From: an uncultured bacterium
Lineage (GTDB): Bacteria > Babelota > Babeliae > Babelales > Babelaceae
Direction of reading: 5' to 3'
Assembly (NCBI GenBank): GCA_963722385.1
Contig: CAVRKK010000001.1
Location: 192,001 to 256,000 of the forward strand
Length of the DNA stretch: 64,000 bases
Shown here: one piece after another, positions 10,701-18,823 of the stretch
Numbering within the stretch: position 1 is the first letter of the stretch
Layout of the letters: each line of letters opens with the position of its first letter
Position numbers and translations under genes: made by a program
Notes under the pieces: model-generated
Databases searched by the model: none
Seen by the model: the letters and a program-made list of their open reading frames with translations, nothing else
What the model was told of the DNA's origin: nothing

Positions 10701-11034
10701 CGACCTGCCTGCTAATTCTACAGATTGCGTGTCGATAGCTATTGCTCCTCTGCTTAGTTTCAATGGAAGTACGCCTATTGCTACCGCCAATTTTTACTCA
10801 AATGATGTATCACTTTTCCCGCTGTTTGGTTCTGACATCGGAGATGGCTCATCGGGAGATGGCTCAGGAAACTCAAGCGGCGGCAATTCTGATTTGGGTA
10901 TTATCCTCGGAACGATCCTAGGATTTGGGGGAGGAACTCTAACCGGGATAACTATAGCCGGCATCGCTGCTTATATCATATTCCGGTATCTGCCAAAAAG
11001 GGGAAAAGACTCTGCTTATATGCCAGAAATATAA
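7738..11034 (+). CDS. Beta-propeller repeat surface protein (lactonase/WD40-like blades) with signal peptide and C-terminal TM anchor
   Basis: 21 repeats of ~46-48 aa (YALPSGSxxPxSVAFSPxGSYLATANxxSNxVTIF); G/S linker; hydrophobic C-terminal helix followed by RYLPKRGK. Confidence 0.9.
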   Translation: MFFRRSVLYAFLMSLSLGLQATGTEAACSVIESANYPVPLGSTYPVSVAVSPSGSYLATANGSSNDVTIFTVGSGGALSKAATYLLPSGSTGVQSVAFSPNGSYLATANGSSSDVTIFTVGSGGALSNATSYALPSGSTDSTSVAFSPDSSYLGVAYSGGVTIFTVGAGGDLSNGTSYALPSGSSFPYSVAFSPNGSYLVTANFNSANVTIFSVSAGVLSNATSYALTSGVDNPYSVAFSADSSYLATANYDSNSVTIFTVGSGGALTGTTSYTLPSGSAYPYSVAFSPDGSYLATANYTSNNVTIFTASSGTLSNPTSYALPSGSASPSAVAFLPDGSYLATANETSNDVTTFAVGTGGALSNAASYALPPGCTAPATVAFSPDGLYLAAANEDSNNVTIFSVEANGTLDKVAFFALPSGSIYPVSVAFSPNGLYLATANQSSNDVTIFTVGSGGVLSNASSYSLPSGSTFPKSVAFSPDSSYLATANQGSNNVTIFSVEAGGNLSNATSYEVSADVPYSVAFSPNGSYLATANAGSNNVTIFSVGTGGILTSGGTYALPANTYEPCSLAFSPNSSYLATANQGSSNEVVIFAVEAGGILSNPAAYSLPPSSSYPYQLAFSPDGSYLVTANNSSDVTVFQVNPEGVPNHAVSYALPRGAAAPYSVAFSPNGSCIATASPYSSNVTLFRLGCSSPAVSYALPGGSQEPDSVAFSPNGVYLATANYNSSDVTLFEVNYNNTISNLLLRRSFPLPMGSLQPTSISFSSDSAYVATANSNSNDVTLFKLLNGNLTSATSYALPTESSNPMSLAFSPDNSCLAVANSNSSDVTLFKFATGQLNNPISYALPSGSLYPAAIIFAPDGTYLLTANAESSDVTLFQVTDGALNNGISQPLPAGSVEPRSIALIDDDKNNLLFGTANTLSHDITIFTLTVGTLNSGISYQLPAGALTPVSLVASSNGEFVATANSASNTITLFKNNNGRLNNGTSYDLPANSTDCVSIAIAPLLSFNGSTPIATANFYSNDVSLFPLFGSDIGDGSSGDGSGNSSGGNSDLGIILGTILGFGGGTLTGITIAGIAAYIIFRYLPKRGKDSAYMPEI

Positions 11035-11102
11035 ACCATAATTCTGAAGCACGGTACTCTCATAAGAGTACCGTGCCAAGTGGTAATTATTACCGCGAGC
11101 TC

Positions 11103-12818
11103 TTATTTTTTGGCAGGCGGTGGCTGCGAAGAGGCCTTTGTTTCTGATACCGTTTTTCGCATTGGTAGAGGAGCAGGGGTGATCGTCTCCACAAAATCTG
11201 GCTGCCCTGGCCACCACAAGCCCGGCAACATTTCAATCTTTGATGCCCAGCCAAAGTCGCTAAGTGCAGGCGGTTGCCTTGAAGAAGGGTTGGGAATAGG
11301 ATCTATTGTTACTTTCAGACGAGCCGGCTGCCCAAGGCCTATCGCACTATCTACGTTAGCTGTGACGAGTGAGCAGCCGTTGGCCATTTGTCGACCGCTT
11401 GGACAATACAAGGTATCATTGTCGCAAACAGCCAGTGAGTTTGTCTGGCAGCACATTTGTCCCGTGTTGAGCTCATAAGCTAATAGATACGTCAATGCGT
11501 AAAAAACATTGGTTCGAGCATCTCTTCCTATAAAAATCACTGGTTGACAACTATTTAAAGGGTCGCGAGCATATAAAATAATGGTTTGATAGGTTGAGCT
11601 AGTGCCATAGGCGCCTAAAGCCAGTGAAGGATAAAGATCTGTTATTTGAGGCATGAGCGCGATGTGTCGCTTGGTAGAAAGGCGATTCGCCGCTGGATCG
11701 TGTTGATTTTTTCCGTAGAGCGTGAATCTGCCATCAGGATTCATGGGACCTTCACTCTGCGCGTTATATCCGCTTGAAAGAAAAGTTATTGGATAGGTCT
11801 GACCGCCAAGGGAGATCGTTGGTTGGCTTCCTGATTGGCTAATCGCGCTATAAATTTGATTAATAAAGCCCCAAGGCGATTTGTTGGGGCCGTCGCCATT
11901 AGCGAGCGCATAGGCGATAGTTCCGGGCGCCGCCGTTTCCAAGTGGGTGTCAGGGTCTTCCGCTGCATAATAGAGCGGTGCGGTTGTTATTGCCATATCA
12001 AAGGTAACATTCGTGTTATTGACAAGAGTATCTAAGTAAACATAATCAACGGCCTGGCCGAGTGAATTTTGCTCGTTAAGGGTATCTTGGGGGCCATAAT
12101 GACCGCTTAGGTTGTAATTTGGGGTTTTGACATCGAAGGTAGCATCAAGAGCAGGGCGCTTGCAGCTAAGGTTTGTTGGGCAATTCGAGACGCATGACGT
12201 CGGAAACCCAACAGGCTTCTGACACTCGAGCAAGCTTTTGGGCTGAGAACCCAAAAAAACTGCGCCGGTAAAGGTATTTGCCGGTATTTCAGCTTGATAT
12301 CCCGATCCCTGATCAGACGTTACAAAAACCGAGGTCTTACCAAGATTCTTAAAACTGATGGTGCCCGTCGGGCTCGTTCCATGTGCCAGATAATCGCCTT
12401 GGCGCCATATATATGTTGAACACACATGGGTGCCGCCCAGCAAGCTTGCAGCAAATCCAGACCCTTTGGACTCGATCACGATGGTTTCACTCGTTCTCTG
12501 AGAATTATAAGAAGAATCTACCCGAATATCACTTTTAGGTAGGGATGCCCCATTAACCTCAATAGAATTATCAGCAGCTTCAAGCATGCAGCCGCCAACG
12601 CGAGGCTGCCAATTTTCCCAGGCATAATTGGTTGAACTTGAAGCGCTTATGGTAAAGGCTTGCGTAATACCAGCAGGACAATTGCCATGGCTGGGACGCA
12701 GCTTCACCGTTATTTCTTGATTGGTATTGTTGCATATCCTGGTCGAGAAGCCAAAAAGCTCGGCTGTTGATAAGCCAATGACTAACAGACCAACTACAAA
12801 GCAAGCAAATTTCTTCAT
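11103..12818 (-). CDS. Secreted hypothetical protein, Cys/Thr/Ser/Gly/Pro-rich
   Basis: 571-aa ORF, AAGGA RBS, MKKFACFVVGLLVIGLSTA signal peptide. Confidence 0.8.
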   Translation of the reverse strand: MKKFACFVVGLLVIGLSTAELFGFSTRICNNTNQEITVKLRPSHGNCPAGITQAFTISASSSTNYAWENWQPRVGGCMLEAADNSIEVNGASLPKSDIRVDSSYNSQRTSETIVIESKGSGFAASLLGGTHVCSTYIWRQGDYLAHGTSPTGTISFKNLGKTSVFVTSDQGSGYQAEIPANTFTGAVFLGSQPKSLLECQKPVGFPTSCVSNCPTNLSCKRPALDATFDVKTPNYNLSGHYGPQDTLNEQNSLGQAVDYVYLDTLVNNTNVTFDMAITTAPLYYAAEDPDTHLETAAPGTIAYALANGDGPNKSPWGFINQIYSAISQSGSQPTISLGGQTYPITFLSSGYNAQSEGPMNPDGRFTLYGKNQHDPAANRLSTKRHIALMPQITDLYPSLALGAYGTSSTYQTIILYARDPLNSCQPVIFIGRDARTNVFYALTYLLAYELNTGQMCCQTNSLAVCDNDTLYCPSGRQMANGCSLVTANVDSAIGLGQPARLKVTIDPIPNPSSRQPPALSDFGWASKIEMLPGLWWPGQPDFVETITPAPLPMRKTVSETKASSQPPPAKK

Positions 12819-12941
12819 GATATTTCCTTTTTTATAGTTAATTTCGCTTACGTTAATTCAATTATAAATTAACCAAAAAGAAAATAGCAAGATTTATGTG
12901 GATCTCGTAACTACTAACTTAAAATTGCTTGCGTTAAAACT

Positions 12942-13340
12942 TCACGCCTCAAGACACCGTTTGCATGCCATAACACACTCATTGCATGCACGGGCACAAT
13001 CGGTACAAAAATCGACACATCCCTTGCTTGGCCCTAATGAGCACTGTTGAGCACACCCGCTACATATCTTGATGCACTCTTCACACTTTTGTATACATTC
13101 ATTGAGCAGTTTCACATGGGCCTCATTGACCGCTTCGGCCAAATGCTGACGGCACTCTTTAATACATTCACGGCAAGCATCAATGCATTTTTTGCACGCT
13201 GCAACACATGAAGAGCAATCCATAGCACATTGCTCCCCAGAACCACAGGCAACAACCCGTTGGCACAAGCGGCTACACTCTTGGCATGCCCTGACACAAG
13301 CGTTACAGGCGTCTATCATCTTTTGCGGCATATGGTGCAT
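12942..13340 (-). CDS. Four-helix-bundle copper storage protein (Csp3/DUF326-like)
   Basis: 27 Cys in 132 aa in CxxC/CxxxC periodicity (CARACNECVMAC); GGGGG RBS. Confidence 0.85.
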   Translation of the reverse strand: MHHMPQKMIDACNACVRACQECSRLCQRVVACGSGEQCAMDCSSCVAACKKCIDACRECIKECRQHLAEAVNEAHVKLLNECIQKCEECIKICSGCAQQCSLGPSKGCVDFCTDCARACNECVMACKRCLEA

Positions 13341-13505
13341 GAATAACCCCCCTTATGATACTTCTGCTTTCAAAGTAATACATAATGAGCGGGCATTGCA
13401 AGTATCGTATGTTTGTATAGCTTTTTATATAAATTTCTACCATTTTTTTATAGTTATGATATTTTTATTAATATGAATCTTATTTTTTGCACTAAGGATC
13501 TGATT

Positions 13506-15419
13506 ATGTTTATTAAAAATTTGGCAATTTTAAGCATAGGCTTGATAGGGGCATGGCCGATTCATACCGGTGGCGAGCCTTGGGAAATAGCACTTGGTAA
13601 AATGGAGAGAGCGCTTCGAAACGTGCGAGTTGAACCAGAGCCGATGCCTATTGATGATAATCTCTACGCTGAACTGATGCAGTTGATCTTTCCGCCTCAG
13701 CATAATCGTGTTAACCAAGAGGAAACACAGCTTGCTCTTGGTTTAGAATACGTACGCAATTTATCTGAACTGCAGGGGGCACGCGAAAATCAGCCACTAC
13801 CCGGACGCTCTACAACGCGCTTGCGCCGCCTGCGTATGCCACGAATAAACAGCATCATCCATGAGGTTGCCAAAGCCTGTAAGCGAAAGCTCAAAGCTGA
13901 CCCTCAAGGCACACACCTTCTTGACGGGCTAAGCTTTGTGCCGACATTTTATATTTCATTAGCGCTTTCTGAGCTTTTTACGCGCTATGGTTTGCCGATA
14001 GTCTATCGAGAGCATCCTGCAATATTCCGCTCCGTTATCCTGGCGAGAGATCATACAACTCCTCAACAACCAATCGTAAAGGGCCTTATTGAGCATAATG
14101 CGCCACCGCTCGCTGACACAGCCGATTACCGACGAATTCCTATTTTTAACATCGTTTATCTACGCTCTTTAGAAACGCTCTTATCCGCTGTTAGTCAGCT
14201 TGCACAGGTAATTGTTAACGAAAACCAAGACTTGCTTGCCTTATTTTCTCAAGTAAGCCAAGAAGAGATACTGCAAGAAATGAAAGTAGATCAATACGTA
14301 TGGCAATGGCTTGAGACGGTAAATGCCATGCATCCAAATCTTTGGACCGCCTTTGTGCTTTATGGATTTCTTGTATCGCAAGAAAGTCGTTTTAATATAA
14401 ACCTTGAAGGTGCACAGCGATTAATTCAGGAACCGGAGCTGCTGGGTGCTGGAACAACCGGCAAAATGGTCAGTGCGTACCTACGTATGGTTTATAACGA
14501 ACGCCTTATATATAAGTTAATGCGAGTTTTTGTACGTCCTTATGCCGAGCTGTTTGCTCATTTCAGCGATAAACCTCTACCAGCCGATAATACTTCACTT
14601 GATAACAACGATATAGAAGAAGTACTAGAAGAATATAGTCGCGCCTTTGCTCGAGAAGGTAAAATCAGCGAAAAAGCTTCCCGTTACGCTCAATTAGAAC
14701 AGCAGCAAGCTGAGCAAGAACCAAGCTCCTCACGAATTACACCCGTCCAGCCTATCTCAAGCCCGGTACTCGATGATGAAAGCATAGCTCGCGTGGAAAA
14801 AGAGCGTGAACGTAAAAAAGAAAAGAGGAAAGAAAAAGAAAAAGAGAAAGAAGAATCTGAAGAGGTTCAGCCGCACCCTCACAAAAAGCAAGAACATGAC
14901 CATAAGGAGAAGCAACAGAATACCTCTTCTGAAGAGCAATTTAACGAACAAGCGTATCCGCAAGAGCGGGTTTGGTCGTTGTGGCCCACGGAGCGTGCGC
15001 GATTTATGGAATCTTTCTTCAGCGTCAATTCACATTTAGCAACTCATCCCGTCTTTCAAGCGTTCAAGAATCCTTATATTGGCAATCACAAAATAACACA
15101 GCAAAATATCGACAACTTTTTTAAACAAATCGCTAAAGCACTCATGAGCTTTTTGTTAGTTGAGCACCGTTACAGCAAACAAGCGATTGAGGCTTTTGTT
15201 AAAGATTTTTTAAAGCATGCTTTAGGCACGCGTCATAATATGCATAATGAGGGGCATACCCAAAAGCTGCCACCAAACTATATTGCCCACCGTCGAGGAG
15301 CGCTTATTATTTTTGGTGTTTTGCCCTCAGCAGAATTTAAAGCACTCGGCAAGGATGGCCAAACCTATCATGAAAAGCATCTCGCCCGCTTATTTGAAAA
15401 GAGCCAAGCATTGCCTTGA
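13506..15419 (+). CDS. Secreted hypothetical protein with K/E-rich low-complexity segment
   Basis: Start moved to ATG 13506 (AAGGA RBS, then signal-like MFIKNLAILSIGLIGAW); long ORF overlapping the convergent zwf 3' end by 83 bp. Confidence 0.75.
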   Translation: MFIKNLAILSIGLIGAWPIHTGGEPWEIALGKMERALRNVRVEPEPMPIDDNLYAELMQLIFPPQHNRVNQEETQLALGLEYVRNLSELQGARENQPLPGRSTTRLRRLRMPRINSIIHEVAKACKRKLKADPQGTHLLDGLSFVPTFYISLALSELFTRYGLPIVYREHPAIFRSVILARDHTTPQQPIVKGLIEHNAPPLADTADYRRIPIFNIVYLRSLETLLSAVSQLAQVIVNENQDLLALFSQVSQEEILQEMKVDQYVWQWLETVNAMHPNLWTAFVLYGFLVSQESRFNINLEGAQRLIQEPELLGAGTTGKMVSAYLRMVYNERLIYKLMRVFVRPYAELFAHFSDKPLPADNTSLDNNDIEEVLEEYSRAFAREGKISEKASRYAQLEQQQAEQEPSSSRITPVQPISSPVLDDESIARVEKERERKKEKRKEKEKEKEESEEVQPHPHKKQEHDHKEKQQNTSSEEQFNEQAYPQERVWSLWPTERARFMESFFSVNSHLATHPVFQAFKNPYIGNHKITQQNIDNFFKQIAKALMSFLLVEHRYSKQAIEAFVKDFLKHALGTRHNMHNEGHTQKLPPNYIAHRRGALIIFGVLPSAEFKALGKDGQTYHEKHLARLFEKSQALP

Positions 15420-16839
15420 TCGGCGCTTTGAACCCATGTGGATAAGAAAATAAGGATGAAGGCAGTGCTTCGAGGCGCTCGGCAAGGCGCCACTGAGCCT
15501 CGATTTCATCTCTGCTTACACTGCCCATGACGTCGCCGCCAATTATACGTGCAAGTAGCACCGTATATGCTTCCACCGAAGTGATCGGGAACCTAAGATT
15601 GATCCGGCACTGCTCCATCAAGGTATTTGGTGTTTTTAGTGGCAGGCTTAATACGATTTCCTCATGTGGCGCCAAGCGAAAAGTAAGCGTTACCGGTTTT
15701 TTACAACAGTGTCCCTTTTCTGCCAAAACTATTTCAAACTCGGTTGCTTTTTGCGCTAACTTTTTTCCGGCTCGTATAAAAATAGGGAAGTTAACCAGGC
15801 GGCTTTTCAATGTTGCATAAGCATACGTGGGGATGCTCGAATTTGGGCTCACATTGGCTTCTTGCTGGTATCCCTCGTATTGGCCAAGCATGCAATCTAT
15901 CGGATAGAGTGACCTTAAGAAATTTGCTTTCTCGGCGGGGCTTTCGCCAGCTAAAAATGAAGCCATAATCTGCAAGGCATGATTTTGGATAACGTCGCTT
16001 ACAACCCCCACTTTTTCGTAAAAGTTCCCACGTCCTTCTATGCCTATAGTTTCATCAAATATTACGCTGGCTTGTACGATAGCAAATTCTTTTTTGAGAT
16101 ACCTGATGATAGGATAGGCATATCCAATCAATGTTTTAGTTAAATAATGGTCGACGCGATATGCTTGGCTACCGTCTAAACAAGAATCGATACATGAATT
16201 AAGCTTCTGCGCCGATGCCATGTTAGCGCCAAAAGGCTTTTCATAGACGATGCGGTGATTCTTAGCCCCTCTTTTTATAAGCTGGTTCTCTAAGGAGCTT
16301 TTGGTAAGCGAGCAGAAGCTATCCGCGGGGGTTGCTAAGTACAATATTCGCTGACTGTCTAAAGCAAGCTGTTTCGATTTTTTATCAACAAAATCGCTAA
16401 GAAACCGTATATCGTCACTATCGTTGGTTGCTTTCACGTAGTAAGTCATCTTTTCCAGTGCTCTGAGCACCGAAGGATCTTTTTCAGTCATAAAGGGAGC
16501 GGCATCTTCTAAGATGTCCTGAACCTTCCCGTCGGAGCGGCCTATGCCAACTATGACACCATGCATCCCCCTTTTGACGAGCTGATAAAGCGCTGGCACC
16601 AACTTGCGCTTTGCCAAGTCGCCCGTAAAGCCCGCAACGATAAATACACCGTTAAAGGTAATTTCCTGCAATGAACTTGTGCATGATGTTGAAACACCAG
16701 CAAGTTTCTGGACAAGAGGCAGGTAGGCCTCAAGGTCATCTGATGCGGGGCATGTGAGATCGGAAAAGAATCCAGTTAAATTTGCGCTTAATATGAAAAA
16801 AAGAAAAATATTAAAAATAAAAAGTGTTCTGTTTGGCAT
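15337..16839 (-). CDS. zwf: Glucose-6-phosphate dehydrogenase family protein with N-terminal signal peptide
   Basis: GFTGDLAKRKLVPALY, YLATP, EKPFG, RVDHYLTK, EGRG, DVIQNHALQ, GQYEGY, RAGK; GAGGTG RBS. Confidence 0.85.
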   Translation of the reverse strand: MPNRTLFIFNIFLFFILSANLTGFFSDLTCPASDDLEAYLPLVQKLAGVSTSCTSSLQEITFNGVFIVAGFTGDLAKRKLVPALYQLVKRGMHGVIVGIGRSDGKVQDILEDAAPFMTEKDPSVLRALEKMTYYVKATNDSDDIRFLSDFVDKKSKQLALDSQRILYLATPADSFCSLTKSSLENQLIKRGAKNHRIVYEKPFGANMASAQKLNSCIDSCLDGSQAYRVDHYLTKTLIGYAYPIIRYLKKEFAIVQASVIFDETIGIEGRGNFYEKVGVVSDVIQNHALQIMASFLAGESPAEKANFLRSLYPIDCMLGQYEGYQQEANVSPNSSIPTYAYATLKSRLVNFPIFIRAGKKLAQKATEFEIVLAEKGHCCKKPVTLTFRLAPHEEIVLSLPLKTPNTLMEQCRINLRFPITSVEAYTVLLARIIGGDVMGSVSRDEIEAQWRLAERLEALPSSLFSYPHGFKAPIKAMLGSFQISGRDAFHDRFGHPCRVL

Positions 16840-16895
16840 ATTTCACCTCACGTATAACCATAGCATAGTTAGCGCCGCTGGTAAAGTGAAGCATG

Positions 16896-17225
16896 TCATT
16901 TTAAGGAAGCGAGCTCCTTGACCAGAAAGTGTGTGAGCACCGTGCGTATAATAACAAGAATGGATAGTATACCAATCTCATAATAATCTGGCGTAACGAT
17001 GGTGCGAATGATATCGCCCGCGAGAAAGAACTCGAGCCCGAGTGCGATGCTTCGCCCAAGTTCGAGTCGTATGATGTCGATGGACCTGCCGGTTGCTCGC
17101 TTGTGTATAAGGCCCTTAAAAAAGTGAGTGAGGGAATATACGGCCCCGATGATAAGGGCCCCAACACCAATTGCCTCAAATGAAGCAGCTACCCGAGCCA
17201 AAAACCAAGCATACTGGCTTTGCAT
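16896..17225 (-). CDS. DUF1622 family membrane protein
   Basis: RLELGRSIALGLEFFLAGDIIRTIVTP...IRTVL signature; GGAGG RBS. Confidence 0.85.
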   Translation of the reverse strand: MQSQYAWFLARVAASFEAIGVGALIIGAVYSLTHFFKGLIHKRATGRSIDIIRLELGRSIALGLEFFLAGDIIRTIVTPDYYEIGILSILVIIRTVLTHFLVKELASLK

Positions 17226-17345
17226 AAGCCCTCCCCATTTTTCTTAGGGTACCTGATGCCATTGCACATCCGCAAGTTTCTTTTTTAAGCCTTGCTTTTG
17301 TTGCCTCTCTTCTTGTATATTACTTAAAATCTCTTGGTGAGGCCT

Positions 17346-17978
17346 ATGTTTAAAGACAGGTTTGACGCAGCGCGGCGATTAGCCGAAAAGCTCGCGGACT
17401 ACAAAAACAACCCCGATGTGGCAATTTTAGCTGTACCACGCGGTGGCCTTGAAGTTGGCTCAGTTCTATCACTCGAGCTACATGCGCCTTTGGACGTCAT
17501 ATTTACTAAAAAGATCGGCTATCCGGGCAATCCGGAATACGCTATAGGTGCTGTAAGTCTCGAGGGTGTTATAATCGATAAGCGATTTTTAAATTTTTCA
17601 GCATCGCTCAATGAGTATATCGATGAAGAAACCAAGCGAATTCGGGCTCTTTTGCAAAAAAGGTACCAAACCTATCAGGGCAACAAACCGCCGCTCGACC
17701 TCGCGGGAAAAATTGTTATCATAACTGATGACGGCGTTGCAACAGGCAGCACGCTTGCAGCCACGCTTGATCTGGTCAAAAAAAGTGGAGCACGTAAGAT
17801 TATCGTTGCCATACCCGTCGCACCCCGTGAAGCCGTCAAGGCCTTACGTGAAAAAGCGGATGAGGTTATCTGCTTACTCATTCCGAAGGCATTTGTCGCC
17901 GTCGGGCAGTTTTACGAAAACTTTGAGCAAGTAAGTGATGAGGAAGCAATCCAGCTTCTTCATGGGACAAAAGTATGA
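17346..17978 (+). CDS. Phosphoribosyltransferase family protein
   Basis: MFKDRFDA, AVPRGG, KKIGYPGNPEYAIGAV, ITDDGVATGST PRPP-binding loop, AVGQFYENFEQVSDEE. Confidence 0.9.
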   Translation: MFKDRFDAARRLAEKLADYKNNPDVAILAVPRGGLEVGSVLSLELHAPLDVIFTKKIGYPGNPEYAIGAVSLEGVIIDKRFLNFSASLNEYIDEETKRIRALLQKRYQTYQGNKPPLDLAGKIVIITDDGVATGSTLAATLDLVKKSGARKIIVAIPVAPREAVKALREKADEVICLLIPKAFVAVGQFYENFEQVSDEEAIQLLHGTKV

Positions 17979-18823
17979 TCTTTTTTACCACTTCAGCAGG
18001 CCACTTAGCTCCCCAGATTCATTTAGCCCAGGGCAAGCTAACCGTAAAGCAATTTAGTGATGGCGAATTATACGTGCGTGTTGAAGAAGATGTTAAAAGC
18101 AAACAGGTCTGGGTCATAGCTTCGACGCCATCTGCTGAAAGTATTATCGAGCTCCTGCTTATTCTCAATGCACTGCAGCGAGAAAGCGCTTTTATAAGCC
18201 TGATTATAACGTACTTCGGGTACAGCCGACAAGACAGAGCGGTACCGGGAGAGGCGTTAGCGGCCTCAGTAATTAGTTCGCTGCTTCTTACGGCCAACGT
18301 GCAAAAAATCTTTATTATTCACGCGCATAGCGCGAGGCTCAAGCAATTCTTAAATTTTGAAAACAAGATCCCCCTTGATCTCTTTTGCATTCCGGCTCAG
18401 GAGTCCAATCGCATCGCAGCGCCTGATCAAGGGGCTTACGAATTTGTGGCAGCGATCGGCGAGCAATGCGGCAGAGAGGCGGTTGTGGTGACAAAGATGC
18501 GTCCCGAGCAAGAAAAGGTCAAAATTATGGGTGTAACTGATGCTATTGAGGGCAAGCACATCCTTATTGTGGACGACATAATTTCGACAGGAACGACACT
18601 TATCAGCGTTGCCCACGCGTTAAAAGAGCGGGGAGCGAGTACCGTTTCAGCAGCGGCGACTCATGGCGTTTTTTCAGACGGGGCGCATACGCTGCTTGAT
18701 GAGAGCCCCCTCATTGAGCGTATATACGTTACCAATACGCTTGTGCAAGATACCACGTGGGACAAAATTACGATACTAAATATTGCTCCTTTTATTCAAA
18801 ATATTATTGTGCAAAGCTCATGA
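17975..18823 (+). CDS. prs: Ribose-phosphate pyrophosphokinase
   Basis: FSDGELYV, YFGYSRQDR, APDQGA, ILIVDDIISTGTT, ATHGVFS; ATGA overlap with upstream gene. Confidence 0.9.
   Translation: MIFFTTSAGHLAPQIHLAQGKLTVKQFSDGELYVRVEEDVKSKQVWVIASTPSAESIIELLLILNALQRESAFISLIITYFGYSRQDRAVPGEALAASVISSLLLTANVQKIFIIHAHSARLKQFLNFENKIPLDLFCIPAQESNRIAAPDQGAYEFVAAIGEQCGREAVVVTKMRPEQEKVKIMGVTDAIEGKHILIVDDIISTGTTLISVAHALKERGASTVSAAATHGVFSDGAHTLLDESPLIERIYVTNTLVQDTTWDKITILNIAPFIQNIIVQSS

Noticed and set aside
7738..11034. DNA-level repeats as a CRISPR array or DGR template/variable pair
   Set aside because: They are in-frame protein repeats with synonymous divergence; no adenine-specific mismatch pattern noticed and no reverse transcriptase
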